A DNA stretch of 63,982 nucleotides, filler included, from Lenisia limosa (GCA_001655205.1; 15 parts of 15 records of this genome joined end to end with filler, not necessarily neighbours in it); one strand, 5' to 3'; shown: positions 39,001 through 52,519, counted from the first letter of the whole stretch. Notes: generated by a model from the letters alone, not told the origin. A program made the numbers and translations.

Positions 39001-40237
39001 AGGAGCGAGAGGGTAGTCTTGCTTTGTCTATTGGAAGATCAATTTTTTAAGCCCAAGCCTCCCAAACTCTTGATAAAAACAACATGAATTTATCCAGTCT
39101 TACATAATACTGAGATGGTTGCTCTCTGATGATATCTGTGTTATTGAAATGGTTTTTCCTTCATTGATTGTATTAACCCACATTTCAGATGAAATCGTAT
39201 CGGGGAAACAGCTTGACCCTCAAATTTGTTTGAACATTCTGCTTCGAGTGTCAGACCTGTCATTCCTTGCAAAAGTTTGAGGCAATTGATAGGGTCATAT
39301 CTGTTATGTCAAGGGCTTCACAAAAAGACCGGTAAAATATCGATAATTTTAGAGGATTTATCGAGAGATTCGGTCTTTTTTCATCTTAACCTCACTCCAG
39401 GAAACCGAGGTGTCAAGGGAGTTTGCCTTCCGACTGCAAACGCAGTTACAACGACAGGTAATATCATGGGACTGATGGACATTATTTTCTCCTTTTCTAT
39501 TTTTTTTTTTTGTTTCGACTTATTTTTGAAATTGTTTTGGACTAACCACCTCAGACTGTCAAGGAGTTAACTGAGGGCCTTCTACCGACCGATCTTCTCG
39601 ATGACAGTCTTCCAAGACTCATGCTGAATTTCCTGGACTATATCGCCTTGGTACGCATTTGGCAGCGTCTTCATCTTGGTACTTTTTCGTGTAAATCATT
39701 TTGAAAAGCCTTTTTGGGGGTTTAAAAGCAAGAAAAATGTTTAATACAATCTCAGGATACAACAAAATTACACTTTGTAAGTAAATATATATTAATATGA
39801 AGTGTTAAGATGACTCTACATCTTGTTGATTACAAATACACCACCTTTTTGAGATAAAGATTGGTATGACCTGTAAGCTAAATTCACAGCTGTTTCCCTT
39901 CTAACTTATTAGCCCCTCTTTGCGTCCTTCAGTAAACTTGTTGGCCCAGCCTCGACACCTCTTCTTGAAAAGGCCTCGCAGAATCGAGCACATTGGCAAA
40001 CACTTCTGGAAAATGGGGTAAGGTTTTGGATGATTCTAAGTTTTGATTTATATTATTGTCACCAAACCATGTTTAATTCCATTTAGGTTGACGAAGATTT
40101 GGCAATGCGTTCACAACAATCAATTGATAAGGACAGCAACAAGTGGTTGAATCGAGCGCTCCAATATTCCAAGGTGCGATTTGGGGTAAATATATCTGCT
40201 GATTTCATGCACATCATACTGCCAGCGACCAAGATAA
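33082..40237 (+). CDS. TM + Cache-like region + TM + degenerate class I cyclic-nucleotide phosphodiesterase domain
   Basis: TM1 SRTILVVLVGVLALVHSIVVVVV. Cache-like segments KWFSPISS..VSTPVF and NGERIAVISRMLRLPYL..NIVVFERETGYLI. TM2 AIVGVLLVVTVAF. The PDEase skeleton is colinear: LESRYTTNLFHGSCRASDV, AAASIDFKHDGLSN, LLSSDLSK, LLRVSDLSFLAK, LMLNFLDYI, NRAHW. Confidence 0.8.
34515..34588. mobile_element. Tc1/mariner-type MITE family M2 (intronic)
   Basis: TA-CAGTGACCGGGATTAGTCTTGA ... CAAGACTTATCCCGGTC. Confidence 0.8.
37640..37692. mobile_element. M2 MITE, right half
   Basis: ..GCAAATCGATCAAGACTTATCCCGGTCACTG-TA. Confidence 0.7.
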
Positions 40238-40659
40238 TCTGGTACGCCGTATCAAATTAATCATGAGCAAAATCGTCACTAAATCTTATTTATTGTTTTA
40301 AAATAATATTCTTTTTTTTTCACTGTTATAGCTCCTTGATCTTATTTATTGTTTTATAATAATATTCTTCACTGTTATAGCTCCTTGATGTTAAGTACGA
40401 CGTCAATATGTGCGTTGGTGTTGGGGATCCGCAGGAAGAAATTGCCGATTTTACAACTTTTTCTCGAGGAAGCCTACCAGTGAAGAAGTATGTTGGGTGA
40501 GGAAGAAACGAACACACACAGAGAAAAGTTGCATAAACACCATATCAATGTGTAAATCAAAACTGATTATCCAGTATCGTGAAGGCTGTCTCCAATGTCG
40601 TTTAGGTATAAAACATCTAGCTAGATATCTAAAAGAGAAACTCCCGTGAAACCCTGTCC

Positions 40660-43600
40660 CACCTCATGGTAAGCGTCTGCAGCTTCAGTGAATTTCCCTT
40701 GTAAATGGTAGCATAAGCCCACGCCAGCACTGCAAACATTGCGCTCTTTAAGACCAAACCGAGCCTGAGACGTCAGGTAAAAGTTGAAATTCTAAAAAAA
40801 AAAACAGCTAGATAATTAAACTCCCATCCACAGTTCTTGTTTTTACCCCCCCCCCCCNNNNNNNNNNNNNNNNNNNNNNNNNNNNNNNNNNNNNNNNNNN
40901 NNNNNNNNNNNNNNNNNNNNNNNNNNNNNNNNNNNNNNNNNNNNNNNNNNNNNNNNNNNNNNATATGATTATAATATTTAGTATACTTTCCACATTTAAA
41001 TATAATATATTATCTGGCCGAAGCCGCAACACCATCACCCTCATAAGAGATTTTGTATTATGCGTGATTAGCAGTTTAGCCTGTTACGCATCCCCTATAC
41101 CTGGTTATACATAGTAATTGCATCATCTAGTTTGCCTTGGTGTCGAAACACATGGCCCAGCATGCAGGAAGTTGCATAAGGCTTTTGACCAAGTTTGACG
41201 GAGAGATCCAGCGAGGTACTGAGGTAAGAGTGCGCCTCTTCAATCCTGGGGGGTGAGAGGCTGGCAGTTTATTATAACTCNNNNNNNNNNGTTAATATCC
41301 AAAATTAGCGAATAAAGGAGATATCAAGGTACTCATATTGAATAGTGGCTGTAAGACTCAAGGGACCCAAGACAATGGCTGTGTTTTATTTTTGTTGTTT
41401 TAGAAGTCTAGAACAAGATTGAAGAAAATTCTGCCCAGAACATTCCTGAGCAACAGCGAATTATTATTGAGTGAGAAAATGAATGAAATGAATGAAATGA
41501 ATAAATGAATAATACAGAACATAAATAAACAACAGAAAAAGAATCCTAAAACCATAACCTATTGCTTAAAGCATATCATATACAGAATTTCTATAAGCGG
41601 AAGGTATACTAAGAACCTCAAAAGTCTCCAGATTGGGCGGCGACTGAAGTTCCATATCAACATCTAAAAATGGGTTGAGTAAAAGTGAAACAAAAGTGTC
41701 AGGTTGAGGTTCTACCACGTTCTAAAAAAAACACAATATTACGCTGCATCGAAGTTTATTATTCATGTACCCCCCTCCCCAACTATCTATAGAGTCGTCA
41801 TGAATTGAGTCCATGGGGTCAACCTAGAATGTTAAGTGCTGCAAGCAAATATGAAAAATTCTGGGAATATGAAAACAAAACAAAAATAACAATACTAAAG
41901 AAAAGAAAAGAATGTATTTTAGTTATTGTTCTACGCCAAGCTTGAAGGGAAGCGTCTGAAGAGAATTATGGGAGGGTAGTTGCCTTTTTGCCATAGAATA
42001 AGTGTGCTATTCTACAGGCACAAAAAGACCTAATTATAGTATCCTCCATTGTTTTCGATATACAGTGATCTGACTGGGACCAAGAGCAGGCAAGCTCTGG
42101 TCAATACATCTCCCGCCTACATATCCCGTGTGCAGCATTCCACTTGAAGGTTGGAGCATTGAAAGGGGTTCTTGCAGCTCAAAAGAGGCCACGTCGGGTT
42201 CAGGCGCCTGGGCCGCCTACAGGATGAAATGATATTTTCTACTCATGAAGCAAAATTCAGATAAAACTCCGAAACCACACATGTTAGAATCTGATAAACG
42301 TAATAGTTTGAACGGCTTTGGCCTGATCCTAATACCTTAGTTAAGGTCGTTATTTTATGAATATACCACTGTATCGATATGTATGTACATAGTATATTGG
42401 TGAAATTATAATATAAAAGTCAACAAACCTGTGGACAATATTGTGCAGAATATTAAGATAAATGAGGGGGGGGGGGGGNNNNNNNNNNNNNNNNNNNNNN
42501 NNNNNNNNNNNNNNNNNNNNNNNNNNNNNNNNNNNNNNNNNNNNNNNNNNNNNNNNNNNNNNNNNNNNCATAATTGAACTAGAGCTTGGCTCATGGAACA
42601 TCGACGTGTCGCCTGGGGCAATTGGCGTGACCTATGCAAATTATAAGGTGGATTTATATTAATAAGCAACGTACTATCATAAAAAACAAAAAAAAACACA
42701 GTAAACTCATTTCAACAGATAGCCTTTAATCTTAACAATCTTGTATTTCATATCCCCAATTGTAACAATCTCTCAGAAGTTTAAAGAACAAATCAATAAA
42801 ACAACAAGATGATTTAATGGTATTGAAAGATTCATCACAACTATTCCCTTCCCTATTCAACCAGACACTCTTTTGTTTTTCATTTTGGCATACCCCTCAC
42901 CTTAGCATCGATAACAGCCTCCTCCACAGGGTAAACATGGTGTTGAAGGAGCGGCGAATGTGTACGTTCAGGGGCAAACATCGAGTCTTGTTTGAGAAGG
43001 GGTCCGTAACTATCGTAGTTGAGGTCCATGCATGGCAAGTTCTAGGGGGGGGGGGGTTAAGTGGNNNNNNNNNNNNNNNNNNNNNNNNNNNNNNNNNNNN
43101 NNNNNNNNNNNNNNNNNNNNNNNNNNNNNNNNNNNNATATTACTACTATTGCATCTCTGACCAAAATATGTTCATCCAATAGGTGGTCTAACTATGTGCT
43201 TAAAATGAACCATAACCGCATAATATATACCTGTGCCATTGGGACAACGCGGCTGTTTTCGCTGTGATTCGGTCTACTAAGCAGGTCGCCTAATAAAATG
43301 AAGAACTGTGAATCAAAAATAATTTTCAGAGGAGGCAACATAAAAGATATCGCAGTGCTGCAAATCAATGAATGGTATTTAGAGTAGACTATTAGAATCA
43401 CAAAAATGCCTGGTAGGAATATTTAACGAATGAACAGTAGCAAAGAAAAGAAACAAAGTAGGAACCAAAATGAAACTAGAAAGAAAAATAATACAGAGAG
43501 GATTGCTGTTCTGTTTGAAAAACTGGATTGGGGGTCGGCAAGATAACGAAATGAATACGGTATCACCCACCCGAGGTGAAGAGAGAGGCGTAAGGTGAGC

Positions 43601-45420
43601 GGTAACCGAGGGGCGTCTGCTTCCAGTGCGGCGTGTTGGCCGGGGTCATTTGTCGTGTAGGTATCTGAACAGTGAGTGCGTGCGTTGGTTTTCAATAAAA
43701 CAAATACGTTGGAATCCGATTCAATTAAAGCAAAAGAAGTTACCTCCTCTTAACTTTAACTTCAAAGAGGGTATATATCGAGTAATGGGATATCCTTGCC
43801 AATACTCACCCCATTTGAAGAGTTCATGAATGACTGCGCAGAGGACGCAAAGCTCAGCGGCACTCCTGGCAGAGAAGAAGACGTTAACATTCTACAATGT
43901 AAGATATCGTATCATATGTGAAAGAGAAGAAGGTTATATCTGGCTGAAGTAGTCCACATCATCACCCATATAAGAGATATTGGATTATATAGAACAACAT
44001 TCCAATCATTTGCGCAAGAGCATATATTATACAAAATAAATTAGGAAATCGAAACTGACACATGAAAACCAGAGAAATAGATCGGAGATATCTCATACAG
44101 CGTATCTTCAACCATGGTTACCTTGTCGGGGGAGTTGGTGTAGCGACGGGACGGACTTGAGCGAAAGGAGGGGGTGTTGACGGTGTTGGCTGAAATCATT
44201 ATTGGGGTAGGACGAGCATCCAGAAATGTGACCATTGAAGTTCGATAACGCATTTTTAATACAATATCTGCATAACCTCTACAAAGCAATTCCATAATCA
44301 CTATAAAGGCAATAGCAAAACCCATTTTGAACCAAAAAAAAAAAGAAATCCCTTTCAAATTTCCCCTCTTACAACCGAAATTCGAGTGTCAAGAGTAGTC
44401 ACTGGGGATCTAGACGGTGAAGGCGATGGTTAGGTATAAGAAGAGGCATGACAAAATGTAAATGTGTTTCTATAAATTCATGTATCAAAATTTCTAGGTA
44501 ATAACTTCCAAATCCTACCTATAAGGACGAGAAGACTGAGTTGCTTGGATTGACGGAGTAGCAAATATCTTATCAAGTTGTTCTTGTGCCTGAAGTATCA
44601 AAATGTGTTTCATTCAAAACGCATTTATCCAACTAGAACTACGAATATCAAAAACAAAACAGCGGAACAGAACACAGGTCTAGCAATGAGAAATAAACAA
44701 TTGTATCTGACCGAAGCCGTCCTCTCCCATCACGTTCACCCAATCATTTGCCTTAAACCTCTGTGCACACGATACATAGCCAACCTTTCTTTCCCTGGCG
44801 TCATAATGCAAATCATGAGGAATAAAGAAGTCGTCAAACTCTGAAGGAGACCCGTATAGTTCCTCTGTTATGAATTTCGGGCCCTTATCATTTGGTTCAT
44901 CCTTGGTATCTGAACAGTGAGCATTCTTGTTTAAATATCCGTTTCAACGGTGAAATGGTAGAAGATAGCTTCTCACAATATTCTATAAAGCCTACATATC
45001 CTCCAACCAGTTTTAAGCGAGATTAAGTGATGGCCATGATTAAACCTGCTCACCCAGGAGTAAACTTGCAGAGGTGACTGGGCGAGGCGCTACGAGGTCG
45101 GACATAGGGGTACCGCTGACCGTGTGTGGACTGTAATTCGGACTACTGTAAACAGTTACAGGTGCATCGGAACTGAAATTAGTTTAATAGATGTCATTTC
45201 AATGTTGTTGGGTTTTTATTAATTATGAACAGAGTGGTAGAAGGAAACAGCCACAAGAAGTGTTTTTGAAAAAAAATAATATATATACTGTATATATAAT
45301 ATATAGTTCTATATATATATATATATATATATAGTAGTATAGTAAAAATCTGAAAATATACTGTTGTTGAATAAGTTCGTACCTTGTTCGTGGAGGGACG
45401 GAATACGAATTACCTAGCCG
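40660..45420 (-). CDS. TPR-repeat protein (Cdc16/APC6-like TPRs) with a long S/P-rich region. The upstream extent is uncertain.
   Basis: Exons ..TSCMLGHVFRHQGKLDDAITMYNQ (about 41105-41270) and ..SAGVGLCYHLQGKFTEAADAYHE (about 40665-40770). Upstream low-complexity exons are assigned on strand and splice signals only. Confidence 0.5.
43930..44020 (-). repeat. Repeat family R3 copy
   Basis: AAGGTTATATCTGGCTGAAG..TAAGAGATATTGGAT..CCAATCATTTGC is the reverse complement of R3. Confidence 0.75.
44681..44790 (-). repeat. Repeat family R3 copy with internal deletion
   Basis: TAGCAATGAGAAATAAA..TTGTATCTGACCGAAGCCGTC..CATCACGTTCACCCAATCATTTGCCTT. Confidence 0.75.
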
Positions 45421-45641
45421 TCTTTTTCGGTTTGCGTAGTGATCCTGGGGAATGAAGAATGAAATTTGTTAAAATAGATAAACAATCTCATTATCGAGAA
45501 CTCCAATTTTTAGGGAGGGGAAGCCAAACTATGATAGGTCCCTTAATACCATCTCGGACGCAGCTGAGAACAAGTTGGAGAAAGAGTGCGAGTACATCTG
45601 AAAGAAAAATAATTAGAATAATGTGTAAAATAGAGAATTGT

Positions 45642-45703
45642 GAATATGCTAGGCAACCTAAACTCCGTATTTTATTCAAAACTCCGTATTCTATTATTTT
45701 TTT
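45642..45703. mobile_element. Degenerate end of the M3 TIR element
   Basis: ATATGCTAGGCAACCTAAACTCCGTATTTTATTCAAAACTCCGTATT resembles the 55990 TIR. Confidence 0.55.
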
Positions 45704-47384
45704 NNNNNNNNNNNNNNNNNNNNNNNNNNNNNNNNNNNNNNNNNNNNTTAATTAATTAANNNNNNNNNNNNNNNNNNNNNNNNNNNNNNNNNNNNNNNNN
45801 NNNAAGGCATTGGGGAATCTGGGATTAATGAACACGGGAAGACTTGAGAACGGGAGTTATAACTGTTCTATTTGTGTCACTATGAAGGTGCACTGTTTTC
45901 CTCGCGAGTGGAGCGGGAGGCCAAGGCCATACCTGGTGACGTTACCGCTGTTCGCGTCTACGTAAGTGGCGTAATACTCAATGACTGTCATGGGATTGTT
46001 TAACTGTTTTATTGAGACATTGCAGATGCAATGCCGTATTAGGCAGTTTCCCCTCGACTTACGATATTAGGCAGTTCAGCACGTGACGGCTATTGCCAAC
46101 CTCCTCACGCGCAACCATCGACATAATGACGCACTTCGGCCGCGGCCGGATTGTGACGAGGGTCTTGGCGTCCGACAGGTGGGCTCTATATACCAATGTA
46201 AATACAATACTGATACTGTCGATATTTCATGAGCATCGGTAAAGCGAAAATGCCTAAGAGCTGAACTCTGTAGAGTTTTTGTTTTGAGGGCAATTTAAGA
46301 TATGAGATATTTTTTATTATTATTATGATTTGTCCTGCTTTTTTTCTGATATTTATCACAACAACATTCAAAACTTTTAGCTACGTATCAATTTACCCCC
46401 TAGTCCATAAAGAAGACCGTGAAACAAGCCTCGCATCTAGCCTTCCTTTTCAACCCAAATAATGGGCCGATTCTTCCCTATCTCTCCGCTGGTCGGCGGG
46501 GGGGGGGNNNNNNNNNNNNNNNNNNNNNNNNNNNNNNNNNNNNNNNNNNNNNNNNNNNNNNNNNNNNNNNNNNNNNNNNNNNNNATCCTTAATATCGTGC
46601 CGACGTTTTTGGGCTTTTAACAACCTTTGCTCTGTTTTTAGCATATGCATGACGACCTGTACATGTATATGCCTCCACTTTTTATTTTCTGTACGTATCA
46701 TATGATATATTATACATTTTTAATTATAATTGGTTTGGTAATGTGAAATTAGGGCCTAAAATGAAGATCTAGTAACATGTTTTTGAATTTCAATATTATT
46801 CTCGTTAAGCTCTGGTATCTATATCAAAAATGCTGTCGATCTAATTGAGATGTGTCTCACCCCCCAGGAGACCCAGTCACGCGGCCGGAAGTTTATTTGT
46901 CCCTTATGGACCTGGAAATCGCCCTTCTGAGTATCCCTGGTATGCCATTTTCCTTTGTCGACTCCCTCACAATTCCATCACCTCCCTCTGGCTTGGACTA
47001 TTTGTGTTTGTTTTCGAATATTTGTGAGACACATTTACGCCAATATTCTTCTCGAAATAACCTTGATTTTACTCCCCCCCCCCCGCTGGANNNNNNNNNN
47101 NNNNNNNNNNNNNNNNNNNNNNNNNNNNNNNNNNTTAATTAATTAANNNNNNNNNNNNNNNNNNNNNNNNNNNNNNNNNNNNNNNNNNNNTATCACATCT
47201 TTGGTTGATAATTTGAAAAGAAAAAACGATGATGTAAATATATCAAAAAGTCAAATATAAGGTTTATGTAAATACTATTCAAAATATGTCAAATATTAAC
47301 CAACTAGACTAGATTTGTAGGTATAGCTTACACGTTGATAATACTGATGATATATTATCATAAATCTCTATGCCCTCCGCGGAA

Positions 47385-48153
47385 ACACGACTCCCGCTCT
47401 TACCAGTCGGTGAGCGCCTGGATTTCCTAAAAACATGAGCCTTACATCAGTTTTTAAATTCAATCCTTTCAATGCTTAAAGTTCGCAGTACTAAATAATC
47501 AAGTGTTCTATCGGACCAACGACGAAATATCGGTGAAATTGCGGGTATTTTAATAAGATTAATGGTCGTTACGGTAAGTAATGATTCTCATACAGTTCTT
47601 TCATATGATCATAAGCAACTAAAACAAGACTTTGACTGCTTTCATGCTACTGATAAACAGATTTATAGACTAACCAGGGAACAGAACGGGCACCACGTTC
47701 CTCGTTGGAATGAAACAATTACGGGGCCTTTCTTTCTAATTTTGCTAAAGTCTACCATCTCGCCAACAGCTGCGGAAGTGAGTGAATGGAGAGAGCAAGG
47801 TGGCAACGTGGCATACCATTTGGAAGAGTGAAGTCCAGTGATAAATCTCCGGTCTTTCTTGCTTTTCTGACAAGACCCTTTTCTTTCATGTCCTTGAACG
47901 CATTTTTCTTGAGAACTGAGATTCGAAGGTCGTCATTCTTTGAAAGCATTAGCGCCTTCTTGGCAAGCTTGTCAGTTAACGTATTTCCACCATAATTTAG
48001 GGTCTTTGGGTCAACCAGATCCCGAATAGAGACAGTATCCATGTCAACAGTCATCTTCGAAAAAGTGTTCAGAGATTATTGCCTCTTTCCTATATAACTA
48101 AACCGAATGATGGATTAATATACGCAAGCGTTTTCTTTAGAAATGGCTTACAT
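47385..48153 (-). CDS. AhpC/TSA (peroxiredoxin-like) thioredoxin-fold protein
   Basis: Spliced ..GDLSLDFTLPN AVGEMVDFSKIRKKGPVIVSFQRGTWCPFCSL..AISP, with the DF.LP and RG.WCP.C motifs. Confidence 0.8.
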
Positions 48154-48339
48154 ATTTTTTTTCCAGAGAAGTCAGCCTAAAATATCGAAATAAATATCGA
48201 TTGATTTATCGAAAGTTTTAGTGATCGAAAAAACAATTGAAATCCCCTGAACCTGTGAAGTCAACATAATTATTAATTTAATTACTATATTCATAGGAAA
48301 CTCGGAGATAGATAACTTGTATTTTCCATTTTCACAAAA

Positions 48340-50083
48340 ATGGCTACAGTAGTCGTTGTTGGCTCTGGCCTAGCGGGTCTCTCTGCAGCTATTGAAGCGT
48401 TAGATACTGGAGCAATCGTATATGTTGTTGAGAAGGCACCAAAGTATGATGGTTCCTCTTATTGCTTTTGCGGTGAAACTTTCACATTACGTCCTCTTTT
48501 CTATTGATCTGCAGTAACATAAGGATCGTTTCAGTCGGTAACGGAGTCCACTCACCCCCCGTTTCCAGGATCGGGTTGATGTCGAATTCCGCGAAGGCAA
48601 CTTCTGGAATCAACGGTCTCAACACGACAGTGCAGAAATGTGAACAGATTGATGACAGCAGAGAACTCTTCGAAGCCGATACCCTGAGGTTTGTTTCGCA
48701 TGGCCTTGGAGGTGATGATGCGATCATACTAAAATTGTTTCCCGCGTGATCAAAATGACGTTATCTGACTATGACGGCTCATACGATGGCATTTTTAATT
48801 GTGATGGAGGGAAATAACATTGGAATGATCTAGCCGCATCACGATGGGTTACCATTTTTGGGCTCTTTCGAAATGAAGGCAATTTTTGGTGTATCATTGG
48901 GCTTCCTCTTTGGTGCCATAAAAGGCGTTTTTTTTTTACAAACTATCCCTGAAAAGATATGTCTTAATTGCATGGAAGCTCCTCGACATATCGCCATANN
49001 NNNNNNNNNNNNNNNNNNNNNNNNNNNNNNNNNNNNNNNNNNNNNNNNNNNNNNNNNNNNNNNNNNNNNNNNNNNNNNNNNNNNNNNNNNNNNNNNNNNN
49101 NNNCAGTCTTTGTTGAGACAGGAGGGTGACCCTAATAATATCCAACATAAGTGAAGGATGGGGAATTTGAAAAAACAAGAATAATAGATGTCAATTAACT
49201 GAAGAAAAGACGGAGACAAATAATACATACACATTCTCTACGATGCAAAGGTTTTATTTTCTTATGGCTGGGTCAGTTATAACACTATTATTGCCATGGT
49301 CTTTTGGAGTCTCTTTTTGGGGTCTTTTTTCGGACGCCTATTCCGAATGGTGTTTATTTTATTTTTTCTTTCGATTTTCCGTTCCCTTTACTCCAAATGG
49401 TTTTGACTAGTTTAGAAGCGGCGGCGGACACTGTGACCCTGTGCTTGGTAGGAGGGGGATAAAGGGTGCTTGGCGGTGAGGGGGGTGGCAAAGGGAGATG
49501 TTTTATCAAAAATTCCGTACGCCTCTCTATCATGAGTATTTGATGCCAATAATTTCAATTATTTGATATGCTAATATTTTCATTTATTTGATGCCAATTT
49601 GATGCCTCCCCTCCCCTTCCCTTACTCCCTAGTGAGAGGCCTGAGCGCCCGAGCAAGCAAGGCTGTTGATTGGCTCTCCGATATGGGGCTTGACCTGTCG
49701 TGTGTCTGCAGATGCGGAGGGCATCAGGTGGGTTGAGTACCCCTCATCATCATTCGGTTAAATATAGATATTAGGGGAGTGATAGGCGAGATATGGGCCT
49801 TGTTGTGGAATATCAGATTAGCGGAGCTAAATCTGATCACTCCTCCCACCCCCTTTATCATTCATGAGATCCTTGTTTTCATTTTGCAACGCCCTAATGA
49901 TAAGTGCATGGTTTATTTGTAATCTTTATAGTATAATAATATGCATAATATATACTAGCTATATAGTTGTGACCTTTATCAGTGTGCACGCACTCATCGC
50001 ATCCCTTCAAGTGACAAGCCCATCAGCGTTGGCTTCACCATCATGGAAACCCTCGTTAAGACAGTCACGGATAAGGGTGCCAA
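48340..50083 (+). CDS. Soluble FAD-dependent fumarate reductase / flavocytochrome c-like (Osm1/Frd1 family), 3'-truncated
   Basis: MATVVVVGSGLAGLSAAIEA..VVEK, NSAKATSGING, DSRELFEADTL, AVDWLSDMGLDLSCVCRCGGH. Confidence 0.88.
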
Positions 50084-50354
50084 GGTGGGGGGGGGGGGGC
50101 ANNNNNNNNNNNNNNNNNNNNNNNNNNNNNNNNNNNNNNNNNNNNTTAATTAATTAANNNNNNNNNNNNNNNNNNNNNNNNNNNNNNNNNNNNNNNNNNN
50201 NTGCTGGATCAGGCCAGATCATCACGTCGGCAGCTTGCAGGCGACGTTGTTGACCGCCAGCATGAGAGACTCTCTGAAGTCCGCGCCTTGTTCAGACAGG
50301 GGTGAGGAATGGGGTTATGTTTAGACCGGGATGGGATTTGGCAAAAGTCATATA

Positions 50355-50441
50355 GAGCCTCCACTATCCTGTAAAATATCGATATTTATCTAAGATTTAT
50401 CAAGAAATTCAGTCTTTTTTTGGGACCGCAGGGAAGCCCTA
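50355..50441. mobile_element. hAT-type MITE family M1 copy
   Basis: GTCATATA flanks both sides (50347-50354 and 50442-50449). The right end is GGGAAGCCCTA and the left end lacks the terminal TA. Confidence 0.82.
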
Positions 50442-50807
50442 GTCATATACAATGCGGTTTTACAGAAGCGACTGGCAGTTTGTGTGTTTTATTGTGTTCA
50501 ACCCTTGTGTGTTACTAACCAACAGAATTGATTTTGGCCTTTTTCTTCATTTCTGATTTACCGATTTGGGCTTTTATTTCACAGTTGTTCGAGGTTATGT
50601 AAACTGATTAGCATGTCACTATCTAAATAAAATATGAACTTGTTTTGAATTTCTCGTATTCCTCTAATATTTTAGGTAAGTGGGAGTATCTTCTATCGTA
50701 TGAAAGTGTAAGGGATGGATGATTTGTTGACTGATTGAGAAAACCTTTCAATACCCATTTCTTATTCTATACGAATATTATGGAGATTGCGAGTCTGGTA
50801 TATTTGA

Positions 50808-51110
50808 GAACCGGGATAGTGTGAGGACAACAATGTCAGACGATTTTGTTTGGGCATAAAAACCCCAGAACACTTATCCTTCATGGAGCCCTGTTGTATA
50901 TTGAAGAAACATAAAGAGGGGGATGAGGAGGGTGGGGCTCAATAATTTCAAAAGTGGAATTGTAATTTTATTTTGTGAATCAAATATACTATTTACGATA
51001 TTACAATTGAAAACTCATTTTTGCTATCGATGTTTACGTTCCTCTTTTACTGAAATAAAACTATCATTAAACACACTACTGCATTTAAGATTCTTTTTTT
51101 GTTTCATAAA
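50808..51110. mobile_element. Degenerate second copy of the M4 foldback element
   Basis: GGACAACAATGTCAGACGATT.. and TACTGAAATAAAACTATCATTAAACACACT are shared with 16540-16780. Confidence 0.6.
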
Positions 51111-51524
51111 TTGACCCATTCACCCCTCCCCCCAGGCCAGCTTTAGTGACTCGGTTCGGAGCTTTACTTGCTAGTGCGAGTCAGAATATCATTGAAGCTC
51201 AAAAGGAGGACCTAATGACGAAACTACAGGTATGTTGGGACTCGTCGACGTTACTACATTTTTATTATTATGGACCTGGTTACTGTGCTAGGGCGTTTGT
51301 TCTTATCTAATTCTTGTTTTGGGGGGAGGGGGCTCGCAGAAAGTACTGTGCAGAGAGTTGGAAGGCAAATGGTTGGGTGTATCCTTCCCTATCTTGGTTC
51401 TCCGATTATTAGGGCCTCACTCCGTTCCAGAAAATGGCCGAATTACTCATTTTATCGATATATTATCGATATAGTGCAGTATTTTTGTTTCCTAATCTTA
51501 TTTAGTCACTTGATAACCATGCTT

Positions 51525-51590
51525 CCCACCAACCGAGTTGATTTGGGTTTTTTTGTTTCATAAACTTTCCAATTTTACACCCCCCCCCCT
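51525..51590 (+). repeat. Repeat family R4 copy
   Basis: CCAACCGAGTTGATTTGGGTTTTTTTGTTTCATAAACTTTCCAATTTTACACCCCCCCCC. Confidence 0.8.
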
Positions 51591-52519
51591 CCTTGATCTT
51601 CGATCATCCTTCTCTTGCACTATTAATTCTCTGACTGGCCCCCACTCCGCTACTAATTCTCTGACCATCAGGGTGAGGGACTCAGTTTGGGTCGAGTCAA
51701 AACGTCTGACGCTGCCAATCGTCTTCACCGTAAAGTGGGTAATATGGGTTATGGATTATATCAGATTGGAAATTTATATGCTACCATTTATGATAGGAAA
51801 TTCCACTTTATATATGGCAATGAGATAATAATAATAAAAAAATAAGGTTGTATCNNNNNNNNNNNNNNNNNNNNNNNNNNNNNNNNNNNNNNNNNNNNTT
51901 AATTAATTAANNNNNNNNNNNNNNNNNNNNNNNNNNNNNNNNNNNNNNNNNNNNCATAAAATTTACCCCCGTCCCCCCACAAAGGAATTCGATATCGAAG
52001 CTGTCTTGCATGGACCAAAGGGGAGCCAGCCGCTTCCGGTTATGGTGCAGCTGGAGGAGTTATGTCGGCATGCAAGGTGACGAATGTCACGATTCTTAAC
52101 TTCGGTTCAAAAAAGACCGGAGTTATGCAGCATAATATGACAAGTGTTTAATTTTAGTTGATAAAATATCTTATGCGGATGACTAGCGTTTCACTTAGGT
52201 ATATCTGAGANNNNNNNNNNNNNNNNNNNNNNNNNNNNNNNNNNNNNNNNNNNNNNNNNNNNNNNNNNNNNNNNNNNNNNNNNNNNNNNNNNNNNNNNNN
52301 NNNNNNNNNNNNNNNNNNNNNNNNNNNNNNNNNNNNNNNNNNNNNNNNNNNNNNNNNNNNNNNNNNNNNNNNNNNNNNNNNNNNNNNNNNNNNNNNNNNN
52401 NNNNNNNNNNNNNNNNNNNNNNNNNNNNNNNNNNNNNNNNNNNNNNNNNNNNNNNNNNNNNNNNNNACGACACTGGATAATTTATGGAAACAAAAAGCCC
52501 AGAATCATCCTTATTGATA

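Noticed and set aside
45280-45335. (TA)n tract
   Set aside because: An ordinary microsatellite.
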